DNA of 64,000 nucleotides from Amoebophilaceae bacterium (lineage in GTDB: Bacteria > Bacteroidota > Bacteroidia > Cytophagales > Amoebophilaceae). The stretch lies in contig OZ254961.1 in assembly GCA_965275955.1 (NCBI GenBank), positions 301,817 to 365,816 on the forward strand, given 5' to 3'. Position 1 is the stretch's first letter. Every line of letters begins with the position of its first letter. Shown piece after piece: positions 30,799 through 41,291 of the stretch. A program made the position numbers and the translations under genes. The notes under the pieces were generated by a model. It searched no databases, was not told where the DNA came from, and was given only the letters and a program-made list of their open reading frames with translations.

Positions 30799-32571
30799 TT
30801 AATCTCTAATCACTTCTTGATTACATATAACGAATGTATCGTTCTGTAGCTGAACAATAGGTACATGCTGGTTGTCATGATGGATGCTATAAGCAACGCC
30901 TTCAAAGATCGTGCCTGGATAAAACTGAGCTCCCCAATGCTTCTGAAAGTAGACGCCGTGCTGATCCAGCATATGGCCTAAAAAGAGCATCATATCGTAG
31001 CCTGTACACGCATAGTAGGTAGGATACTGTGCAAACTGGTCATAAAAATGGCTTCTGAAGTCGTATATACCTGCTCTTTTGTAGTCAATGTGGTCAGGAG
31101 CCACCAGGCACAGCCGGAGACGCTGGAGCTGATCCAGGGTAAGTGAACTTTGCTGGAGCCATGCTTCATGGCCAAGAATATAGGGATTAAGGTTGAGCAT
31201 TTCTACAGCACTCAACACATTAGCAGCAATCAGTTCATTCTTAGAAGCTACATAGATATGCGTCAGACTAGCCAGACTTAAGGGCTCTTTCTCTTCATTT
31301 GCTCCTCCTTGTACCTCTGATTGTACTTCATCAGCCTCTTCCTCTGCACCTCCCCTAAGTTCGTGCAAGAAATTCTGTGCTTCTTCTGGCGCAATAGGAA
31401 GCATCAAAGCTACTTCTTGGCCAGTACTGCGCTCAATATGTTGTTTATAGGTATGGGCTTGGATGGAATCTGCCTCTGATATACCATAAATGATACCTAT
31501 GCTGATCTCTTCTGGTGCATCTTGTAGGGTAAACTCAGCAGCTTTTCTGGCCTGAGTCTCCAGGCTCGATTTGAATAAGAAGACAAATGGGTTGTCTCCT
31601 ACTACATCAGCATTCTCAGAAAGGGGATTGAATAAATTGATTTGATGCCTCCGAGCAAAATCAGCTACCAGCGGGATAGTAGCAGCATACAGAGGCCCAA
31701 TAATCAAGTCCATGCCCTTGATCTCCTCTTGCGCCAACAAGGCGGCTGTCGTTGCAGGGTCTTTTTTCGTGTCATAGGCAAAGAGGTTGATCTTGATCCC
31801 CTGATCGGCCAGTGCTGCCACAGCAGCCTTGATGCCTTGATAAAGGGCAATGACAAACTGGTTGCTACTTTCCTCTTCATAATCTATTTCATCTACGAAA
31901 AAGGGGAAAAATACAGCTACGTTATAGCTATCCTTTTGCCAGGAAGACACTCCCTTCAGCGGGTCGTACTCCTCCAAAGACAAATTGAAGTCATGCCCCA
32001 GCATGTCGAGTAGTTCAAAATCACGCCTGATTAAGGGCTGATGTGCCAATTGATCAAATAAAACTTGGGCAATGATCTGATCTTCAGGGTACAGCTTAAG
32101 TAGCGTTTGTAAAGTAACAGTGTGGTCTAGCTGCCGTAAGAAGTAGGCCTTCATCTGTCCCACAGGCTTAGCCAGCCGCTTGTCCGTAATGTTGGCTAGG
32201 TAGGCGACTCCTCCTCTGTAGTCTTTGGCTTCAAACCTAAGTTGAGCTAACCAATACCATACCTCATCGTGTTGTTCCCAATCAGGAAACTCCTCAACAA
32301 GGGTGGTAAAAGTGCTCTCTGCAAGCGTTGCCTCTTGGTGGTAGTAAGCAGACAAGGCATAATAAAATAGTGCATAAGGAGTGAGGTCATTTTTTTCCTC
32401 CACATCCATCAGCGGCTCAAGCGCAGCCTTGGCGGCTGCATAGTTTGAGGCAGCATAGTATTTTTTGGCTGCTTTGTAGCTTTTCAAGAGCTCCTTCTCA
32501 ACACGAGCTGACGAGGTATGGGTAAGCAATAGACAGGCAAGGGTCAAGCAAAGACGAGGTAAACGTATCAC
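30799..32571 (-). CDS. Secreted TPR-repeat protein with a type-1 periplasmic-binding-fold-like C-terminal domain
   Basis: 590 aa. Signal peptide MIRLPRLCLTLACLLLTHTSSA. The N-terminus has TPR-like AxxYYxxxxY repeats. The C-terminal region alternates beta/alpha like LivK-type binding proteins. The function is not assigned. Confidence 0.45.
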   Translation of the reverse strand: MIRLPRLCLTLACLLLTHTSSARVEKELLKSYKAAKKYYAASNYAAAKAALEPLMDVEEKNDLTPYALFYYALSAYYHQEATLAESTFTTLVEEFPDWEQHDEVWYWLAQLRFEAKDYRGGVAYLANITDKRLAKPVGQMKAYFLRQLDHTVTLQTLLKLYPEDQIIAQVLFDQLAHQPLIRRDFELLDMLGHDFNLSLEEYDPLKGVSSWQKDSYNVAVFFPFFVDEIDYEEESSNQFVIALYQGIKAAVAALADQGIKINLFAYDTKKDPATTAALLAQEEIKGMDLIIGPLYAATIPLVADFARRHQINLFNPLSENADVVGDNPFVFLFKSSLETQARKAAEFTLQDAPEEISIGIIYGISEADSIQAHTYKQHIERSTGQEVALMLPIAPEEAQNFLHELRGGAEEEADEVQSEVQGGANEEKEPLSLASLTHIYVASKNELIAANVLSAVEMLNLNPYILGHEAWLQQSSLTLDQLQRLRLCLVAPDHIDYKRAGIYDFRSHFYDQFAQYPTYYACTGYDMMLFLGHMLDQHGVYFQKHWGAQFYPGTIFEGVAYSIHHDNQHVPIVQLQNDTFVICNQEVIRD

Positions 32572-32797
32572 TTTTTAATTGTTGTTAACTAGCCCGGCTG
32601 TACAGCCCTAGAGGTATACACTATGGTACCTGAGGGGGTTGTACCCAACCATTGGTGATTTTTGCAGTTGCCTTGCAAAACTAACATGGATTCACAGCAT
32701 CTGCTAGCACTACGCTATTAAATAAGGCTCGTGCCAACCCTACTAAGCTAACCGTTCATGCGTTTTTGCTAACTTAGGGCTTTTTGAAGAACCAGCT

Positions 32798-34576
32798 ATG
32801 CTTCTTAGAAAGTACTGGATCGCTCTACTACTTTTACTTGATCTTGCGTGCCCAATATCCTGGGCAGCAGCGGAGAACCCCACTAAGCACCAGGAAGCGC
32901 TTGGCCACAACCTTAATACCTCTTGGCTAGCAAAAGACTTAGAGCAGCAGCTGAGAAGCTTCTTGCAGCATGACTTTCTTGTGCAAAAACTTTTAGACAG
33001 CGTTTTTATTCGACCCCAGCTAACAGTGACGTCTACGCCTTTTTTGCCCTACAAAGGCAAAAACATCACAAGCATAACGCTACACAAGCAGGGGGTTTTC
33101 AGCAGCCAAGATACTTGGTGGCAAAGCGTGCTTCACAAAATTACACCCATCACCAAAGACTGGGTCATCTGGGAACAGCTGCACTTGGCGGTAGGTGACA
33201 AACTGGTGCCACAGCAGCTCATCCAGAGCGAAATGGATCTTAACAAGCTTCCTTTTATTGAGAAAGCAAAAATTGAAGTACAAGAGCGTAAAGATAGCAA
33301 CGACGCGGTTGATATACACGTTACGACACAAGACCAGCTTCCGATCTCATGGGCCCTTGATCTCATGGCGCTTAGGGCTTCCTTAGGCTACAACAACCTG
33401 TTGGGCTGGGGTCATAGCCTGCAAGGTCAACTTTTGTACAAACAAGGGCAAGGTATTACCTACAGGGCTCCTAACATTGGACGCTCAGGCATCACCGGTG
33501 AGTTGCAATACAGCTACACTCCCCGAAAAACGAATCGTTTTTTTCGCGCATTCAGAAAATTTGATGACCAGGCCAGCTATGCAGGAGAGATAGTGCTGGG
33601 CCATACGAGGCGAGATAAGCGGCGACTCTTAGATGGCCATACGTACCCGCAGCTGAGCACTTGGTCGTTTTATCATTGGGATAGCTGGCTTGGGAAGACT
33701 TTTGGGAGCAGTAATAAGGAGGGTCAGGGACAGTTTGTTGTGACAGGCAAAGTCTCTCAGCAACGCTTTATCCAACGCCCCCAAGTAGCTCCCAACTTTA
33801 ATCGCTATTTTCATCATTATGTGTTTGGAGTAGGGAGCCTAGGCTTTACGAACAAACGCTACTATGAAGACCAGCTGGTCCATGGGTTGGGCGACACAGA
33901 GTACATTCCCTATGGAAGTAAAGTTAATCTTATCGGGGGCTATCAGCTGGGAGAATTTGTAGATCGTCCTTACCTGCGTTTAGATCTAGCCCAGGGAGGC
34001 AGGGTACCTGCGCTAGGCCATTGGTATGGCGCCATGCATATAGGGGGTTTTTGGCATGCCAAGACAGTGGAACAAGGCATTGTCAAGCTTCACTTGAATC
34101 ATTCTACTCCCCTGCTGAGGCTGGGCAATCAATGGATGAGGCAATTCATCAACCTGAGTTATTTGGGGGGCTTCAAGCTATTGACAGGGGATTGCATTAG
34201 TACCAACACCAATAGGGTCTCCCCTACATTTGGAGACCCTTTTCTAGGCGGCACGCAGCGCTTGCAGCTGGGTCTGGAGACAGTCGTGTTCACGCCCATA
34301 CGCCTCGCTGGCTGCCGGGTAGCAACTTTAGGTTTTGTAGAGGCCGTTAGGTTACAAGATTCTCAAGGAAGGGTTCGACAGCACAGTTTTTGTAAGGCAT
34401 TGGGTGTAGGCTTTCGCTGTGCGCACCCACGCTGGAGGTTAGGTACTTTACAAGTAAAAGGAAGCTACTATCCCCTGGTCCAGGGCATAGGCTTCGAGCT
34501 TGGTAATGTAGGGATAGGTCCATTTGATGACTTAAACATTAATGTACCAGGCATTATCCCGTTTCAGGAGTATTAG
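32798..34576 (+). CDS. Omp85-superfamily-like outer membrane protein (one POTRA-like domain plus a barrel)
   Basis: 592 aa. Signal peptide LLLLLDLACPISWAAA, a POTRA-like segment (NITSITLHKQG...VDIHVTTQDQ), then an alternating-hydrophobicity region rich in aromatics and Gly. Confidence 0.4.
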   Translation: MLLRKYWIALLLLLDLACPISWAAAENPTKHQEALGHNLNTSWLAKDLEQQLRSFLQHDFLVQKLLDSVFIRPQLTVTSTPFLPYKGKNITSITLHKQGVFSSQDTWWQSVLHKITPITKDWVIWEQLHLAVGDKLVPQQLIQSEMDLNKLPFIEKAKIEVQERKDSNDAVDIHVTTQDQLPISWALDLMALRASLGYNNLLGWGHSLQGQLLYKQGQGITYRAPNIGRSGITGELQYSYTPRKTNRFFRAFRKFDDQASYAGEIVLGHTRRDKRRLLDGHTYPQLSTWSFYHWDSWLGKTFGSSNKEGQGQFVVTGKVSQQRFIQRPQVAPNFNRYFHHYVFGVGSLGFTNKRYYEDQLVHGLGDTEYIPYGSKVNLIGGYQLGEFVDRPYLRLDLAQGGRVPALGHWYGAMHIGGFWHAKTVEQGIVKLHLNHSTPLLRLGNQWMRQFINLSYLGGFKLLTGDCISTNTNRVSPTFGDPFLGGTQRLQLGLETVVFTPIRLAGCRVATLGFVEAVRLQDSQGRVRQHSFCKALGVGFRCAHPRWRLGTLQVKGSYYPLVQGIGFELGNVGIGPFDDLNINVPGIIPFQEY

Positions 34577-34648
34577 GCCCCTATAATCTTTTTTATATCC
34601 TACATTTTAGCTTCCTTAGTTAAGATTTACCAACCTTCGGATACGCCG

Positions 34649-35278
34649 ATGGCATACGTAAGGGCATGGATAAGGACAGTGGTGGGAGGGCTACTGGCTT
34701 GGGGAGGGCTGGTCACGGTTGGTAACTTTTGGATCATTGCCCATACACAAACAGCCATCTACAGTGACCTACACCAGGTGCGCCCTCATAAGTATGGCCT
34801 GGTACTCGGTACGAGCCCTAAGCTGAGAGACGGCAAGGATAGTGCATTTTTTGACCAAAGAATAGCAGCGGCGGCTTTGCTCTACCAGCACGGCAAGGTA
34901 AAGCATCTAGTTCTTAGTGGCACACATGACCGACAGTATTACAACGAGCCTTTGGCTATGAAAAAGGCCTTGGTAAAGCTAGGTATACCTGCAGCGGTCA
35001 TCACTTTAGACATCGAAGGGACCAATACTTTGGCGGCTATTAAGCGGACCAAAAAGATTTTAGCGATACAGGAGATGACCATCATCACGCAGCGCTTTCA
35101 CGGCTATCGGGCTTTGTACATTAGCCGCCACTGCGACATCCAGGCCTGGGTTTTTGCAGCAGACGATGCTAGTCATTTTAGCTTTACCCGTACGTCATTC
35201 AGGGAGCTCTTGGCTAGAGTAAAAGCCCTTATTGACCTGCATGTCTTACAAAAGCACCTCCTTGATAATGATGAATGA
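34649..35278 (+). CDS. sanA: SanA/YdcF (DUF218) family protein
   Basis: 209 aa. N-terminal TM helix, then YGLVLGTSPKL..FFDQRIAAAALLY..LVLSGTH..YNEP..M and TIITQRFHGYRALYI. Confidence 0.8.
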   Translation: MAYVRAWIRTVVGGLLAWGGLVTVGNFWIIAHTQTAIYSDLHQVRPHKYGLVLGTSPKLRDGKDSAFFDQRIAAAALLYQHGKVKHLVLSGTHDRQYYNEPLAMKKALVKLGIPAAVITLDIEGTNTLAAIKRTKKILAIQEMTIITQRFHGYRALYISRHCDIQAWVFAADDASHFSFTRTSFRELLARVKALIDLHVLQKHLLDNDE

Positions 35279-35398
35279 TCAGCGAGCATAAGACGTTGGA
35301 GCTCGCCCTAGAATGTAAGAAAAAGATCTCAAGTACTCATCACTAAAACACAGCTAAGAACTTTTATAATCATAACGGATAACACATAATTAAGAAAC

Positions 35399-35989
35399 GT
35401 GATTGCACACCTTACTGGCCAGCTGCTCTATAAAGCGCCGACACACATAATTATCGATGTAGGGGGCGTAGGCTACGAAGTCCGGATTTCGCTGCATACT
35501 TTTTCGGCCATCAAGACGCTAGAGCGTTGCCAGGTGTTTACACACCCATACATCAAGGGCGATGTGCAGGCGCTGTATGGCTTTGTAAGCTTGGATGAGA
35601 AGCAGTGGTTTTTGCACTTGATCAACGTGAACAGTGTAGGGCCCCGCACTGCCCTGACCATCTTGTCGTCCTTAAGCCCATCAGAGTTGGAGCAAGTCAT
35701 TGTCAGCAGCCAGGTAGGGGTCCTGAAGGCGATCAAAGGGATTGGAGACAAGGCTGCCCAGCGAATTGTACTAGAGCTTCAGGGCAAACTGAGGCACGGT
35801 GTGACTGCGGCCAAAGGTAGCTTAGCAGCACTAGGGCCTGATCCTGTAGCCCAAGAAGCCTTGGCAGCACTCATGAAGCTAGGCATTGCTCAGCCGGTGG
35901 CGGAAAAGGCCGTGGCTAAGGTACGCAAGGCCCATCCAAGCGAAGTGTCGCTCGAGGCGTTGATCAAGCAGGCGCTGCAGGTGTCGTGA
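35399..35989 (+). CDS. ruvA: Holliday junction DNA helicase RuvA
   Basis: 196 aa with a GTG start. Contains MIAHLTGQL...VGGVGYEV, the HhH region LINVNSVGPRTALTILS and IKGIGDKAAQRIVLEL. Confidence 0.92.
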   Translation: MIAHLTGQLLYKAPTHIIIDVGGVGYEVRISLHTFSAIKTLERCQVFTHPYIKGDVQALYGFVSLDEKQWFLHLINVNSVGPRTALTILSSLSPSELEQVIVSSQVGVLKAIKGIGDKAAQRIVLELQGKLRHGVTAAKGSLAALGPDPVAQEALAALMKLGIAQPVAEKAVAKVRKAHPSEVSLEALIKQALQVS

Positions 35990-36063
35990 AATGGAGCGAG
36001 GAAGCAGCCTTTTCCCTCTTGCCAGGTTGAGTTTTCGCTAAGCCCTGCTACGCTCTTTTAGCC

Positions 36064-36150
36064 TTTTTATCATGCTGAGCGGTAGCGGAGTTGATCCTGA
36101 ATAAAACGAAGGGGCTCTCCGCTTAGTGTCCGCTTCGGAAGGTTCCTCGC
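36064..36150 (+). repeat. Copy E of the intergenic palindromic repeat family
   Basis: TTTTTATCATGCTGAGCGGTAGCGGAG shares its 5' end with copy B (TTTTTGTCACTCCGAGC). The distal CTCCGCTTAGTGTCCGCTTCGG resembles GTCCCGCTTAGGGATTTCCTTCG in copy B. It lies in the convergent ruvA/mfd spacer. Confidence 0.5.
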
Positions 36151-36197
36151 CCCCCCGGGCTGTGCTCCAGGTAAAGCCCGGAATAACAAAAGGACGC

Positions 36198-39100
36198 TTA
36201 CAACGCTTCCAAAGTCGCTTGTGCTTGGTCGATGTCAACCACTTGGTCTATGACGAGCAGCAGCTGGGCCTTGACTTCTTTCATTCGGCAGCGGTGGGGG
36301 TGCTGCTGGACGTAAATGAGGATGCGCTCCAAAGGGCTGGGTGCCGCTTGGGCAGGAGGTGTCAGGTAGCAGCGCATGGCTCCGTTTTTGAGCTTGAGCT
36401 TGGTGAAGCCGAGTTGCTGGGCCTGCCAGCGCAGCTGAACGAGTTGGGTAAGGGCTTGTACAGGCGGGGGCAAAGGACCAAACCGGTCTTGCAGTTCTTG
36501 CTGAAAGGCGTGCAGGGTAGCTTCGTTTTGCAGGCTGTCGAGCCGAGCATAGAGGCTGATCCGCTCTGCTACATTGCTGACGTAAGTTGCTGGGATGAGG
36601 ATTTCTAGGTCGGTCTCTAGGGTACAGTCTGGCACGGCAGAGACATTGGCTTTGTCTTGTAGGGCTTCGGCAAAGAGCTCCTTCAACGCTTCTTCTTTGA
36701 GTTCTTTGACGGCATCGTCTAGGATTTTACAATAGGTGTCAAAGCCCACATTGGCAATGAAGCCGCTCTGTTCTGCGCCCAGCAGATCGCCGGCCCCACG
36801 GATGTCCAGGTCGCGCATGGCCACTTTGAAGCCATCGCCGAGGTCGGAAAATTCTTCTACGGCACTGAGCCTACGACGTGCCGCGGCAGTGAGGGTGGAG
36901 GTGGGGGGAGCCAGGAGGTAGCAAAAGGCTTTTTTGTTGGAGCGTCCCACTCTCCCGCGCATCTGGTGGAGGTCTGAGAGGCCAAAGAGGTGGCTGTGGT
37001 TGATAAAGATGGTGTTGGCGTTGGGGATGTCAAGGCCTGCTTCGATGATGCTGGTGGCGACAAGCACGTCGTATTCTCCCTGCATGAACCGCACCATGCG
37101 CTGCTCTAGCTGGCTACTTTCCATTTGGCCGTGGGCGACACCCATGCGGCTTTCTGGGACGAGCTTGTAGAGCATGCTAGCCACTTCTTCAATGTCGGCT
37201 ACCCGATCGTGTACAAAGAATACTTGGCCGCCGCGCTGCAGTTCGTATTCAATGGCGTTTTTGATCACCGTAGTGTCAAAAGTGTGGATGGCAGTGACTA
37301 CAGGCTGGCGGTTGGGAGGGGGGGTGGTAATGACGCTCAGATCACGAGCGCCCATGAGGGAGAAGTGCAGGGTGCGCGGAATGGGGGTAGCAGTGAGGGT
37401 GAGGACATCGATGTTGAGGCGGAGTTCTTTGAGCCGGTCTTTGGCTTTGACCCCAAATTTTTGCTCTTCGTCGATGATGAGGAGCCCGAGATCGTGGAAT
37501 TTGACGGTTTTGCTGAGGAGACGGTGGGTTCCGATGAGGATTGCGACTTGGCCGGCAGCAGTGGCGACGAGGGTGTCTTTGATCTCTTTTGCCGTTTTGA
37601 AACGGCTGATGTAGGCCACGCGCACGTTGTGGTCGGCCAGCCGGGTGCGAAAGGAGTTGTAGTGCTGTAGGGCGAGGATGGTAGTGGGAACGAGGACGGC
37701 GACTTGCTTGCCGTCTTGGACAGCCTTGAAGGCGGCCCGAATGGCGACTTCTGTTTTTCCAAAGCCTACATCACCGCAAAGGAGCCGGTCCATAGGATGA
37801 GGCGCTTCCATGTCTTTTTTCACGGCAGCTGTGGCTGCAGCTTGGTCAGGCGTGTCTTCGTAAATAGAGTAGGACTCTAGGTGGGCTTGGACAAAGCCGT
37901 CAGGACTAAAGGCAAAGCCAGGGGCTTGTTTGCGCTTGGCATACAGCTGGATGAGTTCTTGCGCAAGGTCTTTGACCTTGGTTTTGACCTTTTGCTTTTG
38001 CTGGTCCCAGGCCGAGGAGCCGAGCTTGGTGAGGGTGGGGAGGACGCCTTCTTGGCCGGTGTATTTGGAGATTTTGTGCAGGGACTGCAGGCTGACGTAG
38101 ACGAGGTCGTCGTCTTTGTAAACAAGACGGATGACTTCTTGCTGCTTGCCGTTGACGCCTACTTTGCTGAGGCCAGCAAACTGCCCAATGCCATGATCGA
38201 TGTGGACAACATAGTCGCCTGGTTGCAGGGTGCGAAGCGCACGCAGGGTGATAGCTTGGGTCTTGGAGTAGCGTTTGGGCGATTGGTAGCGGTAGTAACG
38301 GTCAAAGATTTGGTGATCGGTGTAGCAGGCAATGCCTACCTGGAGGTCTACAAAGCCTTGACGTATACCCAGGGAGAGGGAATTGAAGGAGACCGTCTCG
38401 TCTTGCGCTGCCAGCAGGGTTTGGAGGCGATCGAACTGGGGGACAGCCTCGGCGGTGATGATGTTGTGTAGACCTTTGGCCTGGTTTTGGCACAAGTGGT
38501 CTGCCAGCAAGGCAAAGTTCTGGTTAAAGTGGGGCTGGGCAGTGGCCTGGTACGTACTCACCTCGTCAGCAGTGGCTTCAAAGCGGGTTCCAAACTCAAT
38601 GCAGGTTAATCTTTGCAAAGCCTGTGTCCAGCTGGTGGGTGTTTCCCACAACGCTTCTGGCCGGGGCAAGGTTAGGTGCGCAGGGTCGGCAATCTTTTCC
38701 TGAAAGGCTTGGGTGGCTTGGGCATAGCTTTTTGCAAGCGTATCCAACACCAGGGCATAGTCTTTGATCCACACCAAGGCCCGGGGGGGCAAACAGGCGA
38801 GCAACGACTGGGGGGGGCAGGTGGCAGTAGAAGGCGATAGGTGGGGCACGATAGCGGCTTGGGTCACGGCCTCAAGCGAGCGCTGGCTGGTGGGGTCAAA
38901 GGTACGGACGCTCTCCACTGTGTTGCCCCACAGTGCTATTCGAAAAGGCCACTGGTAGGCATAGCCAAAGACATCGATGATGCCGCCGCGAATGGCAAAC
39001 TGGCCAGCTTCGTATACAAAATCAGTTCTTTCAAAGCCCTGCGCTACGAGCCGCTGGGCTACTTCGGTGGTGATGAGCTCGTCCCCCACTTGAACGCTCC

Positions 39101-39566
39101 ACGTATGGTCGGCCAAAGCTGCGGGATGCATCACCTTGTCAGCCAGGGCGACGGGATAAGTCACAATCAGGGGGGCAGGACCTTGGGTGAGTTGCAGGCG
39201 CTGCAGGATCTCTGTGCGCATCAGGTGGTCCGTATGGTCGGCCACTGCTGGGGCATAGGGCTGCTGGCAGGAGGCCGGATAGAGCAAAACTAGGGCTGGC
39301 CCCAGCAGGTTTCTGAGGTCGCTGTAAACATAGGCTGCCTCCTCTGGGTCGTGCGCAATGCACAGTTGGGCCATCCCCGTCTGCTTGTAGACGGCAGCTA
39401 CCAAGAGTGCATCTAGGCTGCCTACCAGGCCTTGCAGCTGCCAACGCTGTCCCGCAGCAGTACGCAGCCGCTTGATCCATGCGTTGATCCATCCATCTTG
39501 CGTATACTGGGCTATAAGGTCTGTTACTTGCAATGGAACAGGTGTTAATCCGTAATAAGGCACCAA
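36198..39566 (-). CDS. mfd: Transcription-repair coupling factor Mfd
   Basis: 1122 aa. Helicase motifs LCGDVGFGKTEVA, LLIIDEEQKFGV, LTLTATPIPRTL and the TRG region QMRGRVGRS. TTG or GTG start. Confidence 0.95.
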   Translation of the reverse strand: MVPYYGLTPVPLQVTDLIAQYTQDGWINAWIKRLRTAAGQRWQLQGLVGSLDALLVAAVYKQTGMAQLCIAHDPEEAAYVYSDLRNLLGPALVLLYPASCQQPYAPAVADHTDHLMRTEILQRLQLTQGPAPLIVTYPVALADKVMHPAALADHTWSVQVGDELITTEVAQRLVAQGFERTDFVYEAGQFAIRGGIIDVFGYAYQWPFRIALWGNTVESVRTFDPTSQRSLEAVTQAAIVPHLSPSTATCPPQSLLACLPPRALVWIKDYALVLDTLAKSYAQATQAFQEKIADPAHLTLPRPEALWETPTSWTQALQRLTCIEFGTRFEATADEVSTYQATAQPHFNQNFALLADHLCQNQAKGLHNIITAEAVPQFDRLQTLLAAQDETVSFNSLSLGIRQGFVDLQVGIACYTDHQIFDRYYRYQSPKRYSKTQAITLRALRTLQPGDYVVHIDHGIGQFAGLSKVGVNGKQQEVIRLVYKDDDLVYVSLQSLHKISKYTGQEGVLPTLTKLGSSAWDQQKQKVKTKVKDLAQELIQLYAKRKQAPGFAFSPDGFVQAHLESYSIYEDTPDQAAATAAVKKDMEAPHPMDRLLCGDVGFGKTEVAIRAAFKAVQDGKQVAVLVPTTILALQHYNSFRTRLADHNVRVAYISRFKTAKEIKDTLVATAAGQVAILIGTHRLLSKTVKFHDLGLLIIDEEQKFGVKAKDRLKELRLNIDVLTLTATPIPRTLHFSLMGARDLSVITTPPPNRQPVVTAIHTFDTTVIKNAIEYELQRGGQVFFVHDRVADIEEVASMLYKLVPESRMGVAHGQMESSQLEQRMVRFMQGEYDVLVATSIIEAGLDIPNANTIFINHSHLFGLSDLHQMRGRVGRSNKKAFCYLLAPPTSTLTAAARRRLSAVEEFSDLGDGFKVAMRDLDIRGAGDLLGAEQSGFIANVGFDTYCKILDDAVKELKEEALKELFAEALQDKANVSAVPDCTLETDLEILIPATYVSNVAERISLYARLDSLQNEATLHAFQQELQDRFGPLPPPVQALTQLVQLRWQAQQLGFTKLKLKNGAMRCYLTPPAQAAPSPLERILIYVQQHPHRCRMKEVKAQLLLVIDQVVDIDQAQATLEAL

Positions 39567-39828
39567 AATTAGGGCATAAGCAGGGATATAAGGAGTACCA
39601 TAAGCTTAGAATGCTGCATTTATGGAAAAGCTTATTGGGAGCACTTAACTCTTTATTCCGCTTTACTTAATAGCAATTACTATCTGAAGGGAAGGAATGG
39701 GATGTTGTAAAGCCCAAAGTTTGTTAAAGAGTAAGTACTTTGCATACATGCATACATCAGAGATCCAATACCAAAACACGGTATGCGGGCTTAAGTTCAT
39801 AAGAAAATTCAGCAAGAAAACCAATATC

Positions 39829-40638
39829 ATGTCCAAAAGCATAACAGCTTTTACGATCTATATCATTTTCTCAGTACTGAGCTTAGGAAGCTGTACCAAA
39901 GGCGATCAGTATTCTTCTATACTCAGCATGGACGAGCCAAGTCCGACGAACATCGATGATAATACACAAGGATCACACGACATTCCATTACAAGAAGTAT
40001 TCAAAACGAAAATAGAAGAATACAAAAACCGTTTTGGAGAGCCACAAATCACCTTGCAAAAAGACGAGCAAGACCACCTGTGTGTTACTATCAACACACA
40101 ACAGCTCCGGGTTACTTCAGTCAGCAAACCAATGGTGAACAATTACCAAGATTACTTGTTCGGGAATGAAAAGGTCATGGCAAAGTATGGAACTCAAACA
40201 ACTAAAAATCAGGAATACACCCAGGATAGGATTAACACTTGGGTAAATCGTTGGAATGCCAACAATCCGTTTGCTGGCTTAGCAGTACTTCTCAAGCACT
40301 CCCAACAAGAAGAGGAATTTTTGGGCCATGTAATCTTGGGAGGAGGAGACGAGGCTAACTGCTCAGAGCTTGCATACATGATTAGAGAAGATAAATGGAA
40401 CCAAGGTTACGGCTACGAAGCCACCGGGGCATTGGTGCTTTTTCTTGGCCCTGAAATAGTTAAACGCGGTTACAAACTGCCTAATGGCCAAACTTTTAAA
40501 TATATCGTAGCTACAGCCAGAGAAGATAATATCCCCTCTGTCAAAATCCTCCATAAGCTGGGCTTCGTGGCCTACATGCAAACTGAAAAATATGGGCATC
40601 CAAGAGACCACTATAAATTGACTATGCATTGCCCATAA
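39829..40638 (+). CDS. GNAT (RimJ/RimL-like) acetyltransferase with an N-terminal lipoprotein signal peptide
   Basis: The start at ATG 39829 gives MSKSITAFTIYIIFSVLSLGS-C, which is a positive n-region, a hydrophobic core and a lipobox Cys. The C-terminal half has GNAT blocks ELAYMIREDKWNQGYGYEATGAL and ATAREDNIPSVKILHKLGF. The 44 codons upstream in the listed ORF are probably not translated. Confidence 0.6.
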   Translation: MSKSITAFTIYIIFSVLSLGSCTKGDQYSSILSMDEPSPTNIDDNTQGSHDIPLQEVFKTKIEEYKNRFGEPQITLQKDEQDHLCVTINTQQLRVTSVSKPMVNNYQDYLFGNEKVMAKYGTQTTKNQEYTQDRINTWVNRWNANNPFAGLAVLLKHSQQEEEFLGHVILGGGDEANCSELAYMIREDKWNQGYGYEATGALVLFLGPEIVKRGYKLPNGQTFKYIVATAREDNIPSVKILHKLGFVAYMQTEKYGHPRDHYKLTMHCP

Positions 40639-41291
40639 CAGTTCAGCACGCCGTATGTGGTAGCGTGGCTGAGGCTTGTAGTGAATAGATCTTGAGACGA
40701 GGAGAGCTCCTCCTAATTCCCTCCGGAGCTTAGGAAAAACTTTTGGTGATTTGCAAGTCGGCACACGATCCGTTTTCAAATAACCTATATGCTAATACAG
40801 AACCTGGCTAAAAAGTATTTCCAGATTAATTTATAAAACAGGGGACACGGAATCTGAAGTATCTATATCTCGCTCAAATGAGGGAGCCATATTTGTTGGT
40901 GTTCGTCTAGGATTTTGTCTATTCTGCTAGAAGCATAGGTTCGAATTGGCTACCAGCTGGGCCAAGGCTTCCTGTGGCTGTCTATAGAAGTGCTATCACG
41001 AATAAAATCATCCTCCAAGAGATAGACCAAGGCGGCCAAGGCTCCTACGGCACCTTGCTCTTTGTTTTTGAATTTATCATGAAGTTGTGCCGGTTCTCGA
41101 TGCTGAAGTTACATATATTCAATATATCCTTTCCCTCAAAACTGCTTAGCATAGTTACAATATAGGTCAGATCGCCTATTCCTTGTTGAAAAACGTGCTT
41201 AGTGTTCTTTTGAGCTAGATCTAGCGAGGGTAAGGCCTGCCATGAGTGGTGTATAATCTGGTACAAAGACGGTATGACGCAAAAATAACTT

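Noticed and set aside
36126-39293. Many long ORFs (up to 196 aa) in alternative frames and on the opposite strand of mfd, for example 37125..37670, 37881..38471 and 38841..39293.
   Set aside because: They lie entirely inside a well-supported 1122-aa mfd gene. Their translations are low-complexity (Gly/Arg/Ala/Ser-rich). They are the expected by-product of high GC and biased codon usage.
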